Below are positions 7,788-20,337 of a stretch of DNA of 64,000 nucleotides, piece by piece. Within the stretch, counting starts at the first letter, position 1. Each line of letters begins with the position of its first letter. Made by a program: the position numbers and the translations under genes. The notes below the pieces were generated by a model, which did no database searches, had not been told where the DNA came from, and worked only from the letters and a program-made list of their open reading frames with translations. The stretch covers positions 3,224,001 through 3,288,000 of the forward strand of contig OZ059899.1 in assembly GCA_964057225.1 (NCBI GenBank). Direction: 5' to 3'. The DNA is from Auanema rhodensis (lineage: Eukaryota; Animalia; Nematoda).

Positions 7788-9898
7788 AAATGTTTTTGGA
7801 AGCAATGTTGAGTGTACATGGAAACTCAACATACACTAATGCATCATTTTTCAAAAGATCATAACTAATTTTTTCATCAAGCGTTTTTCAATGTAGTATA
7901 GTGCATTCGATGCGGATTTTTAAGCTGCGTCGATCTGTGTTATCAGATTTGCGCTAGCTTAAAAATGCACCGAGATATCAACTGATATAAGTTCACACTT
8001 ATATCCTCGATTTTCACCCTGAAGAAATAATTTTTTCGTTGAATAACATTGTCCATCGTCTTTGCCTTGAAAAAAGGAATCTAAAAACATCTACTTTTTG
8101 CTAAATTATTCTGAAATTTTTCGAAAAAATTTTTGTCAAAATGTTTTTGGAAGCAATGTTGAGTGTACATGGAAACTCAACATACACTAATGCATCATTT
8201 TTCAAACGATCATAACTAATTTTTGTATTAAGCGTTTCTCAATGTAGTATAGTGCATTCGATGCGGATTTTTAAGCTGCGTCGATCTGTGTTATCAGATT
8301 TGCGCTAGCTTAAAAATACACCGAGATATCAACTGATATAAGTTCACACTTATATCCTCGATTTTCACCCTGAAAAAATAATTTTTTCGTTGAATAACAT
8401 TGTCCATCGTCTTTGCCTTGAAAAAAGGAATCTAAAAACATCTACTTTTTGCTAAATTATTTTGAAATTTTTCGAAAAAATTTTTGTCAAAATGTTTTTG
8501 GAAGCAATGTTGAGTGTACATGGAAACTCAACATACACTAATGCATCATTTTTCAAACGATCATAACTAATTTTTGTATTAAGCGTTTCTCAATGTAGTA
8601 TAGTGCATTCGATGCGGATTTTTAAGCTGCGTCGATCTGTGTTATCAGATTAGCGCTAGCTTAAAAATGCACCGAGATATCAACTGATATAAGTTCACAC
8701 TTATATCCTCGATTTTCACCCTGAAGAAATAATTTTTTCGTTGAATAACATTGTCCATCGTCTTTGCCTTGAAAAATGGAATCTAAAAACATCTACTTTT
8801 TGCTAAATTATTTTGAAATTTTTCGAAAAAATTTTTGTCAAAATGTTTTTGGAAGCAATGTTGAGTGTACATGGAAACTCAACATACACTAATGCATCAT
8901 TTTTCAAACGATCATAACTAATTTTTGTATTAAGCGTTTCTCAATGTAGTATAGTGCATTCGATGCGGATTTTTAAGCTGCGTCGATCTGTGTTATCAGA
9001 TTTGCGCTAGCTTAGAAATGCACCGAGATATCAACTGATATAAGTTCACACTTATATCCTCGATTTTCACCCTGAAGAATTAATTTTTTCGTTGAATAAC
9101 ATTGTCCATCGTCTTTGCCTTGAAAAATGGAATCTTAAAACATCTACTTTTTGCTAAATTATTTTGAAATTTTTCGAAAAAATTTTTGTCAAAATGTTTT
9201 TGGAAGCAATGTTGAGTGTACATGGAAACTCAACATACACTAATGCATCATTTTTCAAACGATCATAACTAATTTTTGTATTAAGCGTTTCTCAATGTAG
9301 TATAGTGCATTCGATGCGGATTTTTAAGCTGCGTCGATCTGTGTTATCAGATTTGCGCTAGCTTAAAAATGCACCGAGATATCAACTGATATAAGTTCGC
9401 ACATATATACCCGATTTTCACCCTGAAGAATTAATTTTTTCGTTGAATAACATTGTCCATCGTCTTTGAATTGAAAAATGAAATCTTAAAACATCTACTT
9501 TTTGCTAAATTATTTTGAAATTTTTCGAAAAAATTTTTGTCAAAATGTTTTTGGAAGCAATGTTGAGTGTACATGGAAACTCAACATACACTAATGCATC
9601 ATTTTTCAAACGATCATAACTAATTTTTGTATCAAGTGTTTCTCAATGTAGTATAGTGCATTCGATGCGGATTTTTAAGCTGCGTCGATCTGTGTTATCA
9701 GATTTGCGCTAGCTTAAAAATGCACCGAGATATCAACTGATATAAGTTCACACTTATATCCTCGATTTTCACCCTGAAGAATTAATTTTTTCGTTGAATA
9801 ACATTGTCCATCGTCTTTGCCTTGAAAAATGGAATCTAAAAACATCTACTTTTTGCTAAATTATTTTGAAATTTTTCGAAAAAATTTTTGTCAAAATG
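7788..9898. repeat. 351-bp satellite spacer, 6 monomers plus 5-bp TSD
   Basis: 2111 bp = 6x351+5. Confidence 0.97.
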
Positions 9899-10276
9899 AA
9901 TCAAAGAACGAAAAATAAAAAGAAAAAGATTTATTTAAAAAAACAAAAAAAAATACAAAAAAATTCAAGAGAAAATTCCAAACTGAAAAAAATATAAAAA
10001 AATTCCTTATCACAATAATTTTAGGACAAAAACAACTAAATATTGTTTTAATCAGATTACGGTAGTTGATTATCAACAGTTCACTGTTTACCAACAATCT
10101 CTAAATGGAGCGCGATTACTATGGATTGTTTTATCAATTGGTCATTTTATTCAAATTATTCATTTTATTTAATTTTTTCATGAATAATTGTTATCTTAAT
10201 ATTTTATATAAATTATATTATATATTTATCTTCATTTATACTATTCATTTTAGTATCTATAGCCATATTCTTGACA
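9899..10276 (-). repeat. 3' LTR of copy 3 (378 bp)
   Basis: Direct repeat; T at 10139. Confidence 0.93.
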
Positions 10277-10289
10277 TCCCCGGCCTCTC
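10277..10289 (-). other. Polypurine tract (copy 3)
   Basis: GAGAGGCCGGGGA before the 3' LTR. Confidence 0.75.
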
Positions 10290-10417
10290 AAATTTCTCGT
10301 CCCGAGAAAAAATAATTCTTATTACTATTTATTCAATAGTTTAACAGTTTCATTAAAAACAACAATAAAAATAAACATTCACAACATACATGAGAAAATT
10401 TAAATTTCAACAAGAAA

Positions 10418-12727
10418 TTAGTTATGGTGCTGTTTTTTAAACTGTTGTTGAGGCTTATGGGTTTTGTGCATCTCATTCAGTGCAGTCAGCTTTTCAGTCC
10501 AATTCTCGGACTCCCATTTACCGACAATCTCTCCTTTCTTTATCGTGGTTGGCTGGCATGTCATGTTAGCCACAATCACTGTAGTGGAACTATTGGTGTC
10601 CACTTTACATATTCCCGTGGGTATATCACTCCTATGGGATACCAGTAAGCTATCTTTCTGCTCGTCACATGAGATTTGTAGCGTTCTACTTTTATTCGCA
10701 GGTATATAAACTCTCTGTAAGGCTATGGCCTCTTTTCTATAAAACTTCAAAGATATGCCCAAATCTTTCAGGGCATTCGTACCAATAAGTATAGAATCAT
10801 CTCTACTTTTTCTCACCAAAAAACATACTTGTGCAGTTTTTTTACTTTCTGAGCAATAAACTTCACAGCTTATTGCTCCAACAAAATTCATTCGCGTACC
10901 CGAGGCATTTGCTATGAACTTATCTCCATTCCAAGGAAGTTGAGTTACACTTCTATTTAAGTCAACCCCTTCATTCATCAAATTAACTAGAGCTTGTGAC
11001 GACATCACTGATATTTGCGATCCCGTGTCAATAAGAACTTTTTTATTTCTCATGCTGCAGATTAACATAGGTAGTAAACTCTGCTCACCAATCAATTTTG
11101 CATCATAGCTATTGTTGCATGTTTTGATAGTTTTGTTCCATGCAACAGCTTGCTCATTCATAACAGAACCCATATTGTTCTGTTCTTGTTCAATTCTTTT
11201 AGAATTGTCTGATGGTCGTTTTCTTTCAGCACAATGTGTTGCTATATGACCACTTCTGTTACATATGTAACAAATAACTTCTTTTCTCTGTGGAAAATTA
11301 CGAACCTTTTCAGTTACGTAACTGTCACGATTGGTCATGTGTTGACCACTAGCAGTATTATTCTGCTTCAAAAATCTCAGCCTGGGCAGGTTTACTTCAG
11401 GTATTCTGTCCTTTCTATGCTGATTGTAGTGAATGCGCTTATTTCTTTCACAACGTAAAGCGACCTCTTTCACCTTCTCATACACCTCCCCTTCTTCACT
11501 AGTCTCTATTGTCTCAAGTACTTGTAATGCACAAGTACATTCTCTGAGTACCTCATACAAAACTTGAGCTCTTGTGAACGATAACTTTGACATAGACAAT
11601 CCGGGGTAAGCCTTCCTAGAAGTTTCTTCTAGTTTCTTACAAAAGCTTATTAGATTGCTATTGTTGTCAAACTTCGAAGATTTAAGAGCAGCTATGGCAT
11701 CTAACCTACTTGCTCTCTTAGAATACTCATGTTGCTTATTCAGTTCCTCTATTATTTTGTCGAGCGAACTGTTTCTGATTATTTCAGGCAACTCATCATA
11801 CCTATCTCTCGCCTCTCCTCTTAATTTTTCTACAAACAGCGTTCTGCGGCCGCTTGCCGACAACGTGCTTTTTGGGTATTTCAGGTGAAACCCTTCTACA
11901 AAATGGTTCCATTTCTCGAACGACCCACTAGAAAAATCTGGAACATCAGGCAGCAATTGCGCTCGCATTATGTCCAAAAACGCTTCATTCTGCGCGCTGA
12001 GTCCATTTAAAGGCAAAGATGACTCACCCTTGGAGTCTAATCCCTCTTTTTTCTGTTCCTGTTGAACATCCGTCAACCATTTCTGAGTTGTTCTTAACTC
12101 CTTCTGTCGATGCAACTGTAAAATATATTCAATTTCAGAATTTTCCTCTTCTATTTTACCTGCTGCTTTGTCATCAATCATCATATCCGCCATAGCTAAT
12201 TGCGCTTGGCTCTCGATAGCTGCTGATCTCTGCAAATTAAAACTATTAAATATTTCATGCTTCAAAGATTTCTTATCACATTTGAAAAAATCGCATAAAT
12301 CTTTCATAGTACTATTAATGGCCCTCATCTCGTCCACTATCTCACTTTCATTGAGTTGGAAAATCTCACAAATGAATTTAGTTGTTTCCGCTCGTTTATC
12401 AGCTAACTTCAGAGTATTACCCAACTCTGAAGGCTTTTTGAGCCCACTCTTGTTCATTACTGTAATAATGGACTGGATAAATCTCCAATTTTGCCCTTTT
12501 CGCAATTCACTAGCTAAATTTTGCTTCATTGAGTTTATCAAATTAGCAACTTTCTGCTCTGCTCTCCTTTTCTCAGCAGAATTTCTGATTTTTTTCGTAA
12601 AATCTTTACGTAAACAATCATTCAACGGCTCAATAGCCGATAATATTTCAGAGATGAATGAATTCAACATTACCTCTTCGAATGCACTCTCGAAGTCCAT
12701 ATCGAGCAATTCATTCACAAATGACAT
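10418..12727 (-). CDS. gag: Gag-protease polyprotein, copy 3
   Basis: ORF-track protein identical to copy 2 (CCHC knuckle, DTG protease). Confidence 0.93.
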   Translation of the reverse strand: MSFVNELLDMDFESAFEEVMLNSFISEILSAIEPLNDCLRKDFTKKIRNSAEKRRAEQKVANLINSMKQNLASELRKGQNWRFIQSIITVMNKSGLKKPSELGNTLKLADKRAETTKFICEIFQLNESEIVDEMRAINSTMKDLCDFFKCDKKSLKHEIFNSFNLQRSAAIESQAQLAMADMMIDDKAAGKIEEENSEIEYILQLHRQKELRTTQKWLTDVQQEQKKEGLDSKGESSLPLNGLSAQNEAFLDIMRAQLLPDVPDFSSGSFEKWNHFVEGFHLKYPKSTLSASGRRTLFVEKLRGEARDRYDELPEIIRNSSLDKIIEELNKQHEYSKRASRLDAIAALKSSKFDNNSNLISFCKKLEETSRKAYPGLSMSKLSFTRAQVLYEVLRECTCALQVLETIETSEEGEVYEKVKEVALRCERNKRIHYNQHRKDRIPEVNLPRLRFLKQNNTASGQHMTNRDSYVTEKVRNFPQRKEVICYICNRSGHIATHCAERKRPSDNSKRIEQEQNNMGSVMNEQAVAWNKTIKTCNNSYDAKLIGEQSLLPMLICSMRNKKVLIDTGSQISVMSSQALVNLMNEGVDLNRSVTQLPWNGDKFIANASGTRMNFVGAISCEVYCSESKKTAQVCFLVRKSRDDSILIGTNALKDLGISLKFYRKEAIALQRVYIPANKSRTLQISCDEQKDSLLVSHRSDIPTGICKVDTNSSTTVIVANMTCQPTTIKKGEIVGKWESENWTEKLTALNEMHKTHKPQQQFKKQHHN

Positions 12728-13141
12728 TTCACCTATCAATGAAAAAAATTACTAGAAGTTTCCTCTACTAATTTATTGCTATTTGAAAGAATCAAACAAG
12801 CACTTATATCAAGAAAATGGAATTTACTTGATATTAGTTACTACTACCCAAGTTCTGAATGTAGTTCACAGCGGAAGAAATCAGAAAAAGTGTTTAAAAG
12901 AAAACACTTCAACCAAAAACAACCGTACAACAATAAACCAAGAGACACTGTTGTTACCAACACTGTCAAATGATAATTGTTCTGTAAACTTCACTTTTAT
13001 TCGGCAAATACCAAACAAAATTGAATGAATACAAACAGAACCCTATTCAGGTAGCAGTGACTTTTTCACCAAACTCTATTCGAGCTTTCAAACAGGGTTA
13101 TATGAGCAATTAGCTCAACCCAAACAATAAAATAGTGAAGA

Positions 13142-13156
13142 CCGGTTCGGCCCCCA
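13142..13156 (-). other. Primer-binding site, tRNA-Pro (copy 3)
   Basis: TGGGGGCCGAACCGG adjacent to the 5' LTR. Confidence 0.88.
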
Positions 13157-13535
13157 AATCAAAGAACGAAAAATAAAAAGAAAAAGATTTATTTAAAAAA
13201 ACAAAAAAAAAATACAAAAAAATTCAAGAGAAAATTCCAAACTGAAAAAAATATAAAAAAATTCCTTATCACAATAATTTTAGGACAAAAACAACTAAAT
13301 ATTGTTTTAATCAGATTACGGTAGTTGATTATCAACAGTTCACTGTTTACCAACAATCTCTAAATGGAGCGCGATTACTATGGATTGTTTTATCAATGGG
13401 TCATTTTATTCAAATTATTCATTTTATTTAATTTTTTCATGAATAATTGTTATCTTAATATTTTATATAAATTATATTATATATTTATCTTCATTTATAC
13501 TATTCATTTTAGTATCTATAGCCATATTCTTGACA
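13157..13535 (-). repeat. 5' LTR of copy 3 (379 bp)
   Basis: Direct repeat; G at 13398. Confidence 0.93.
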
Positions 13536-16500
13536 AAATGTTTTTGGAAGCAATGTTGAGTGTACATGGAAACTCAACATACACTAATGCATCATTTTTC
13601 AAAAGATCATAACTAATTTTTTCATCAAGCGTTTTTCAATGTAGTATAGTGCATTCGATGCGGATTTTTAAGCTGCGTCGATCTGTGTTATCAGATTTGC
13701 GCTAGCTTAAAAATGCACCGAGATATCAACTGATATAAGTTCACACTTATATCCTCGATTTTCACCCTGAAGAAATAATTTTTTCGTTGAATAACATTGT
13801 CCATCGTCTTTGCCTTGAAAAAAGGAATCTAAAAACATCTACTTTTTGCTAAATTATTCTGAAATTTTTCGAAAAAATTTTTGTCAAAATGTTTTTGGAA
13901 GCAATGTTGAGTGTACATGGAAACTCAACATACACTAATGCATCATTTTTCAAACGATCATAACTAATTTTTGTATTAAGCGTTTCTCAATGTAGTATAG
14001 TGCATTCGATGCGGATTTTTAAGCTGCGTCGATCTGTGTTATCAGATTTGCGCTAGCTTAAAAATACACCGAGATATCAACTGATATAAGTTCACACTTA
14101 TATCCTCGATTTTCACCCTGAAAAAATAATTTTTTCGTTGAATAACATTGTCCATCGTCTTTGCCTTGAAAAAAGGAATCTAAAAACATCTACTTTTTGC
14201 TAAATTATTTTGAAATTTTTCGAAAAAATTTTTGTCAAAATGTTTTTGGAAGCAATGTTGAGTGTACATGGAAACTCAACATACACTAATGCATCATTTT
14301 TCAAACGATCATAACTAATTTTTGTATTAAGCGTTTCTCAATGTAGTATAGTGCATTCGATGCGGATTTTTAAGCTGCGTCGATCTGTGTTATCAGATTC
14401 GCGCTAGCTTAAAAATGCACCGAGATATCAACTGATATAAGTTCACACTTATATCCTCGATTTTCACCCTGAAGAAATAATTTTTTCGTTGAATAACATT
14501 GTCCATCGTCTTTGCCTTGAAAAATGGAATCTAAAAACATCTACTTTTTGCTAAATTATTTTGAAATTTTTCGAAAAAATTTTTGTCAAAATGTTTTTGG
14601 AAGCAATGTTGAGTGTACATGGAAACTCAACATACACTAATGCATCATTTTTCAAACGATCATAACTAATTTTTGTATTAAGCGTTTCTCAATGTAGTAT
14701 AGTGCATTCGATGCGGATTTTTAAGCTGCGTCGATCTGTGTTATCAGATTTGCGCTAGCTTAGAAATGCACCGAGATATCAACTGATATAAGTTCACACT
14801 TATATCCTCGATTTTCACCCTGAAGAATTAATTTTTTCGTTGAATAACATTGTCCATCGTCTTTGCCTTGAAAAATGGAATCTTAAAACATCTACTTTTT
14901 GCTAAATTATTTTGAAATTTTTCGAAAAAATTTTTGTCAAAATGTTTTTGGAAGCAATGTTGAGTGTACATGGAAACTCAACATACACTAATGCATCATT
15001 TTTCAAACGATCATAACTAATTTTTGTATTAAGCGTTTCTCAATGTAGTATAGTGCATTCGATGCGGATTTTTAAGCTGCGTCGATCTGTGTTATCAGAT
15101 TTGCGCAAGCTTAAAAATGCACCGAGATATCAACTGATATAAGTTCACACTTATATCCTCGATTTTCACCCTGAAGAATTAATTTTTTCGTTGAATAACA
15201 TTGTCCATCGTCTTTGCCTTGAAAAAAGGAATCTAAAAACATCTACTTTTTGCTAAATTATTTTGAAATTTTTCGAAAAAATTTTTGTCAAAATGTTTTT
15301 GGAAGCAATGTTGAGTGTACATGGAAACTCAACATACACTAATGCATCATTTTTCAAACGATCATAACTAATTTTTGTATTAAGCGTTTCTCAATGTAGT
15401 ATAGTGCATTCGATGCGGATTTTTAAGCTGCGTCGATCTGTGTTATCAGATTTGCGCTAGCTTAAAAATGCACCGAGATATCAACTGATATAAGTTCGCA
15501 CATATATACCCGATTTTCACCCTGAAGAATTAATTTTTTCGTTGAATAACATTGTCCATCGTCTTTGAATTGAAAAATGAAATCTTAAAACATCTACTTT
15601 TTGCTAAATTATTTTGAAATTTTTCGAAAAAATTTTTGTCAAAATGTTTTTGGAAGCAATGTTGAGTGTACATGGAAACTCAACATACACTAATGCATCA
15701 TTTTTCAAACGATCATAACTAATTTTTGTATTAAGCGTTTCTCAATGTAGTATAGTGCATTCGATGCGGATTTTTAAGCTGCGTCGATCTGTGTTATCAG
15801 ATTTGCGCAAGCTTAAAAATGCACCGAGATATCAACTGATATAAGTTCACACTTATATCCTCGATTTTCACCCTGAAGAATTAATTTTTTCGTTGAATAA
15901 CATTGTCCATCGTCTTTGCCTTGAAAAAAGGAATCTAAAAACATCTACTTTTTGCTAAATTATTTTGAAATTTTTCGAAAAAATTTTTGTCAAAATGTTT
16001 TTGGAAGCAATGTTGAGTGTACATGGAAACTCAACATACACTAATGCATCATTTTTCAAACGATCATAACTAATTTTTGTATTAAGCGTTTCTCAATGTA
16101 GTATAGTGCATTCGATGCGGATTTTTAAGCTGCGTCGATCTGTGTTATCAGATTTGCGCTAGCTTAAAAATGCACCGAGATATCAACTGATATAAGTTCG
16201 CACATATATACCCGATTTTCACCCTGAAGAATTAATTTTTTCGTTGAATAACATTGTCCATCGTCTTTGAATTGAAAAATGAAATCTTAAAACATCTACT
16301 TTTTGCTAAATTATTTTGAAATTTTTCGAAAAAATTTTTGTCAAAATGTTTTTGGAAGCAATGTTGAGTGTACATGGAAACTCAACATACACTAATGCAT
16401 CATTTTTCAAACGATCATAACTAATTTTTGTATCAAGTGTTTCTCAATGTAGTATAGTGCATTCGATGCGGATTTTTAAGCTGCGTCGATCTGTGTTATC

Positions 16501-16699
16501 AGATTTGCGCTAGCTTAAAAATGCACCGAGATATCAACTGATATAAGTTCACACTTATATCCTCGATTTTCACCCTGAAGAATTAATTTTTTCGTTGAAT
16601 AACATTGTCCATCGTCTTTGCCTTGAAAAATGGAATCTAAAAACATCTACTTTTTGCTAAATTATTTTGAAATTTTTCGAAAAAATTTTTGTCAAAATG
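13536..16699. repeat. 351-bp satellite spacer, 9 monomers plus 5-bp TSD
   Basis: 3164 bp = 9x351+5. Confidence 0.97.
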
Positions 16700-17078
16700 A
16701 ATCAAAGAACGAAAAATAAAAAGAAAAAGATTTATTTAAAAAAACAAAAAAAAAATACAAAAAAATTCAAGAGAAAATTCCAAACTGAAAAAAATATAAA
16801 AAAATTCCTTATCACAATAATTTTAGGACAAAAACAACTAAATATTGTTTTAATCAGATTACGGTAGTTGATTATCAACAGTTCACTGTTTACCAACAAT
16901 CTCTAAATGGAGCGCGATTACTATGGATTGTTTTATCAATTGGTCATTTTATTCAAATTATTCATTTTATTTAATTTTTTCATGAATAATTGTTATCTTA
17001 ATATTTTATATAAATTATATTATATATTTATCTTCATTTATACTATTCATTTTAGTATCTATAGCCATATTCTTGACA
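16700..17078 (-). repeat. 3' LTR of copy 4 (379 bp)
   Basis: Direct repeat; T at 16941. Confidence 0.93.
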
Positions 17079-17091
17079 TCCCCGGCCTCTC
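17079..17091 (-). other. Polypurine tract (copy 4)
   Basis: GAGAGGCCGGGGA before the 3' LTR. Confidence 0.75.
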
Positions 17092-17219
17092 AAATTTCTC
17101 GTCCCGAGAAAAAATAATTCTTATTACTATTTATTCAATAGTTTAACAGTTTCATTAAAAACAACAATAAAAATAAACATTCACAACATACATGAGAAAA
17201 TTTAAATTTCAACAAGAAA

Positions 17220-19529
17220 TTAGTTATGGTGCTGTTTTTTAAACTGTTGTTGAGGCTTATGGGTTTTGTGCATCTCATTCAGTGCAGTCAGCTTTTCAGT
17301 CCAATTCTCGGACTCCCATTTACCGACAATCTCTCCTTTCTTTATCGTGGTTGGCTGGCATGTCATGTTAGCCACAATCACTGTAGTGGAACTATTGGTG
17401 TCCACTTTACATATTCCCGTGGGTATATCACTCCTATGGGATACCAGTAAGCTATCTTTCTGCTCGTCACATGAGATTTGTAGCGTTCTACTTTTATTCG
17501 CAGGTATATAAACTCTCTGTAAGGCTATGGCCTCTTTTCTATAAAACTTCAAAGATATGCCCAAATCTTTCAGGGCATTCGTACCAATAAGTATAGAATC
17601 ATCTCTACTTTTTCTCACCAAAAAACATACTTGTGCAGTTTTTTTACTTTCTGAGCAATAAACTTCACAGCTTATTGCTCCAACAAAATTCATTCGCGTA
17701 CCCGAGGCATTTGCTATGAACTTATCTCCATTCCAAGGAAGTTGAGTTACACTTCTATTTAAGTCAACCCCTTCATTCATCAAATTAACTAGAGCTTGTG
17801 ACGACATCACTGATATTTGCGATCCCGTGTCAATAAGAACTTTTTTATTTCTCATGCTGCAGATTAACATAGGTAGTAAACTCTGCTCACCAATCAATTT
17901 TGCATCATAGCTATTGTTGCATGTTTTGATAGTTTTGTTCCATGCAACAGCTTGCTCATTCATAACAGAACCCATATTGTTCTGTTCTTGTTCAATTCTT
18001 TTAGAATTGTCTGATGGTCGTTTTCTTTCAGCACAATGTGTTGCTATATGACCACTTCTGTTACATATGTAACAAATAACTTCTTTTCTCTGTGGAAAAT
18101 TACGAACCTTTTCAGTTACGTAACTGTCACGATTGGTCATGTGTTGACCACTAGCAGTATTATTCTGCTTCAAAAATCTCAGCCTGGGCAGGTTTACTTC
18201 AGGTATTCTGTCCTTTCTATGCTGATTGTAGTGAATGCGCTTATTTCTTTCACAACGTAAAGCGACCTCTTTCACCTTCTCATACACCTCCCCTTCTTCA
18301 CTAGTCTCTATTGTCTCAAGTACTTGTAATGCACAAGTACATTCTCTGAGTACCTCATACAAAACTTGAGCTCTTGTGAACGATAACTTTGACATAGACA
18401 ATCCGGGGTAAGCCTTCCTAGAAGTTTCTTCTAGTTTCTTACAAAAGCTTATTAGATTGCTATTGTTGTCAAACTTCGAAGATTTAAGAGCAGCTATGGC
18501 ATCTAACCTACTTGCTCTCTTAGAATACTCATGTTGCTTATTCAGTTCCTCTATTATTTTGTCGAGCGAACTGTTTCTGATTATTTCAGGCAACTCATCA
18601 TACCTATCTCTCGCCTCTCCTCTTAATTTTTCTACAAACAGCGTTCTGCGGCCGCTTGCCGACAACGTGCTTTTTGGGTATTTCAGGTGAAACCCTTCTA
18701 CAAAATGGTTCCATTTCTCGAACGACCCACTAGAAAAATCTGGAACATCAGGCAGCAATTGCGCTCGCATTATGTCCAAAAACGCTTCATTCTGCGCGCT
18801 GAGTCCATTTAAAGGCAAAGATGACTCACCCTTGGAGTCTAATCCCTCTTTTTTCTGTTCCTGTTGAACATCCGTCAACCATTTCTGAGTTGTTCTTAAC
18901 TCCTTCTGTCGATGCAACTGTAAAATATATTCAATTTCAGAATTTTCCTCTTCTATTTTACCTGCTGCTTTGTCATCAATCATCATATCCGCCATAGCTA
19001 ATTGCGCTTGGCTCTCGATAGCTGCTGATCTCTGCAAATTAAAACTATTAAATATTTCATGCTTCAAAGATTTCTTATCACATTTGAAAAAATCGCATAA
19101 ATCTTTCATAGTACTATTAATGGCCCTCATCTCGTCCACTATCTCACTTTCATTGAGTTGGAAAATCTCACAAATGAATTTAGTTGTTTCCGCTCGTTTA
19201 TCAGCTAACTTCAGAGTATTACCCAACTCTGAAGGCTTTTTGAGCCCACTCTTGTTCATTACTGTAATAATGGACTGGATAAATCTCCAATTTTGCCCTT
19301 TTCGCAATTCACTAGCTAAATTTTGCTTCATTGAGTTTATCAAATTAGCAACTTTCTGCTCTGCTCTCCTTTTCTCAGCAGAATTTCTGATTTTTTTCGT
19401 AAAATCTTTACGTAAACAATCATTCAACGGCTCAATAGCCGATAATATTTCAGAGATGAATGAATTCAACATTACCTCTTCGAATGCACTCTCGAAGTCC
19501 ATATCGAGCAATTCATTCACAAATGACAT
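17220..19529 (-). CDS. gag: Gag-protease polyprotein, copy 4
   Basis: ORF-track protein identical to copy 2. Confidence 0.93.
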   Translation of the reverse strand: MSFVNELLDMDFESAFEEVMLNSFISEILSAIEPLNDCLRKDFTKKIRNSAEKRRAEQKVANLINSMKQNLASELRKGQNWRFIQSIITVMNKSGLKKPSELGNTLKLADKRAETTKFICEIFQLNESEIVDEMRAINSTMKDLCDFFKCDKKSLKHEIFNSFNLQRSAAIESQAQLAMADMMIDDKAAGKIEEENSEIEYILQLHRQKELRTTQKWLTDVQQEQKKEGLDSKGESSLPLNGLSAQNEAFLDIMRAQLLPDVPDFSSGSFEKWNHFVEGFHLKYPKSTLSASGRRTLFVEKLRGEARDRYDELPEIIRNSSLDKIIEELNKQHEYSKRASRLDAIAALKSSKFDNNSNLISFCKKLEETSRKAYPGLSMSKLSFTRAQVLYEVLRECTCALQVLETIETSEEGEVYEKVKEVALRCERNKRIHYNQHRKDRIPEVNLPRLRFLKQNNTASGQHMTNRDSYVTEKVRNFPQRKEVICYICNRSGHIATHCAERKRPSDNSKRIEQEQNNMGSVMNEQAVAWNKTIKTCNNSYDAKLIGEQSLLPMLICSMRNKKVLIDTGSQISVMSSQALVNLMNEGVDLNRSVTQLPWNGDKFIANASGTRMNFVGAISCEVYCSESKKTAQVCFLVRKSRDDSILIGTNALKDLGISLKFYRKEAIALQRVYIPANKSRTLQISCDEQKDSLLVSHRSDIPTGICKVDTNSSTTVIVANMTCQPTTIKKGEIVGKWESENWTEKLTALNEMHKTHKPQQQFKKQHHN

Positions 19530-19943
19530 TTCACCTATCAATGAAAAAAATTACTAGAAGTTTCCTCTACTAATTTATTGCTATTTGAAAGAATCAAACA
19601 AGCACTTATATCAAGAAAATGGAATTTACTTGATATTAGTTACTACTACCCAAGTTCTGAATGTAGTTCACAGCGGAAGAAATCAGAAAAAGTGTTTAAA
19701 AGAAAACACTTCAACCAAAAACAACCGTACAACAATAAACCAAGAGACACTGTTGTTACCAACACTGTCAAATGATAATTGTTCTGTAAACTTCACTTTT
19801 ATTCGGCAAATACCAAACAAAATTGAATGAATACAAACAGAACCCTATTCAGGTAGCAGTGACTTTTTCACCAAACTCTATTCGAGCTTTCAAACAGGGT
19901 TATATGAACAATTAGCTCAACCCAAACAATAAAATAGTGAAGA

Positions 19944-19958
19944 CCGGTTCGGCCCCCA
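19944..19958 (-). other. Primer-binding site, tRNA-Pro (copy 4)
   Basis: TGGGGGCCGAACCGG adjacent to the 5' LTR. Confidence 0.88.
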
Positions 19959-20337
19959 AATCAAAGAACGAAAAATAAAAAGAAAAAGATTTATTTAAAA
20001 AAACAAAAAAAAAATACAAAAAAATTCAAGAGAAAATTCCAAACTGAAAAAAATATAAAAAAATTCCTTATCACAATAATTTTAGGACAAAAACAACTAA
20101 ATATTGTTTTAATCAGATTACGGTAGTTGATTATCAACAGTTCACTGTTTACCAACAATCTCTAAATGGAGCGCGATTACTATGGATTGTTTTATCAATG
20201 GGTCATTTTATTCAAATTATTCATTTTATTTAATTTTTTCATGAATAATTGTTATCTTAATATTTTATATAAATTATATTATATATTTATCTTCATTTAT
20301 ACTATTCATTTTAGTATCTATAGCCATATTCTTGACA
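19959..20337 (-). repeat. 5' LTR of copy 4 (379 bp)
   Basis: Direct repeat; G at 20200. Confidence 0.93.

Larger units (their letters stand above)
9899..13535 (-). mobile_element. Complete gag-pro-only LTR retroelement, copy 3, 3637 bp
   Basis: As copy 2; the 3' LTR is one A shorter in a poly-A run; AAATG on both flanks. Confidence 0.95.
16700..20337 (-). mobile_element. Complete gag-pro-only LTR retroelement, copy 4, 3638 bp
   Basis: As copy 2, with one private substitution at 19908 in the 5' UTR; AAATG on both flanks. Confidence 0.95.

Noticed and set aside
4150-20337. Four independent site-specific integrations
   Set aside because: The shared 5'/3' LTR SNP and collinear spacer monomers show duplication of one insertion.
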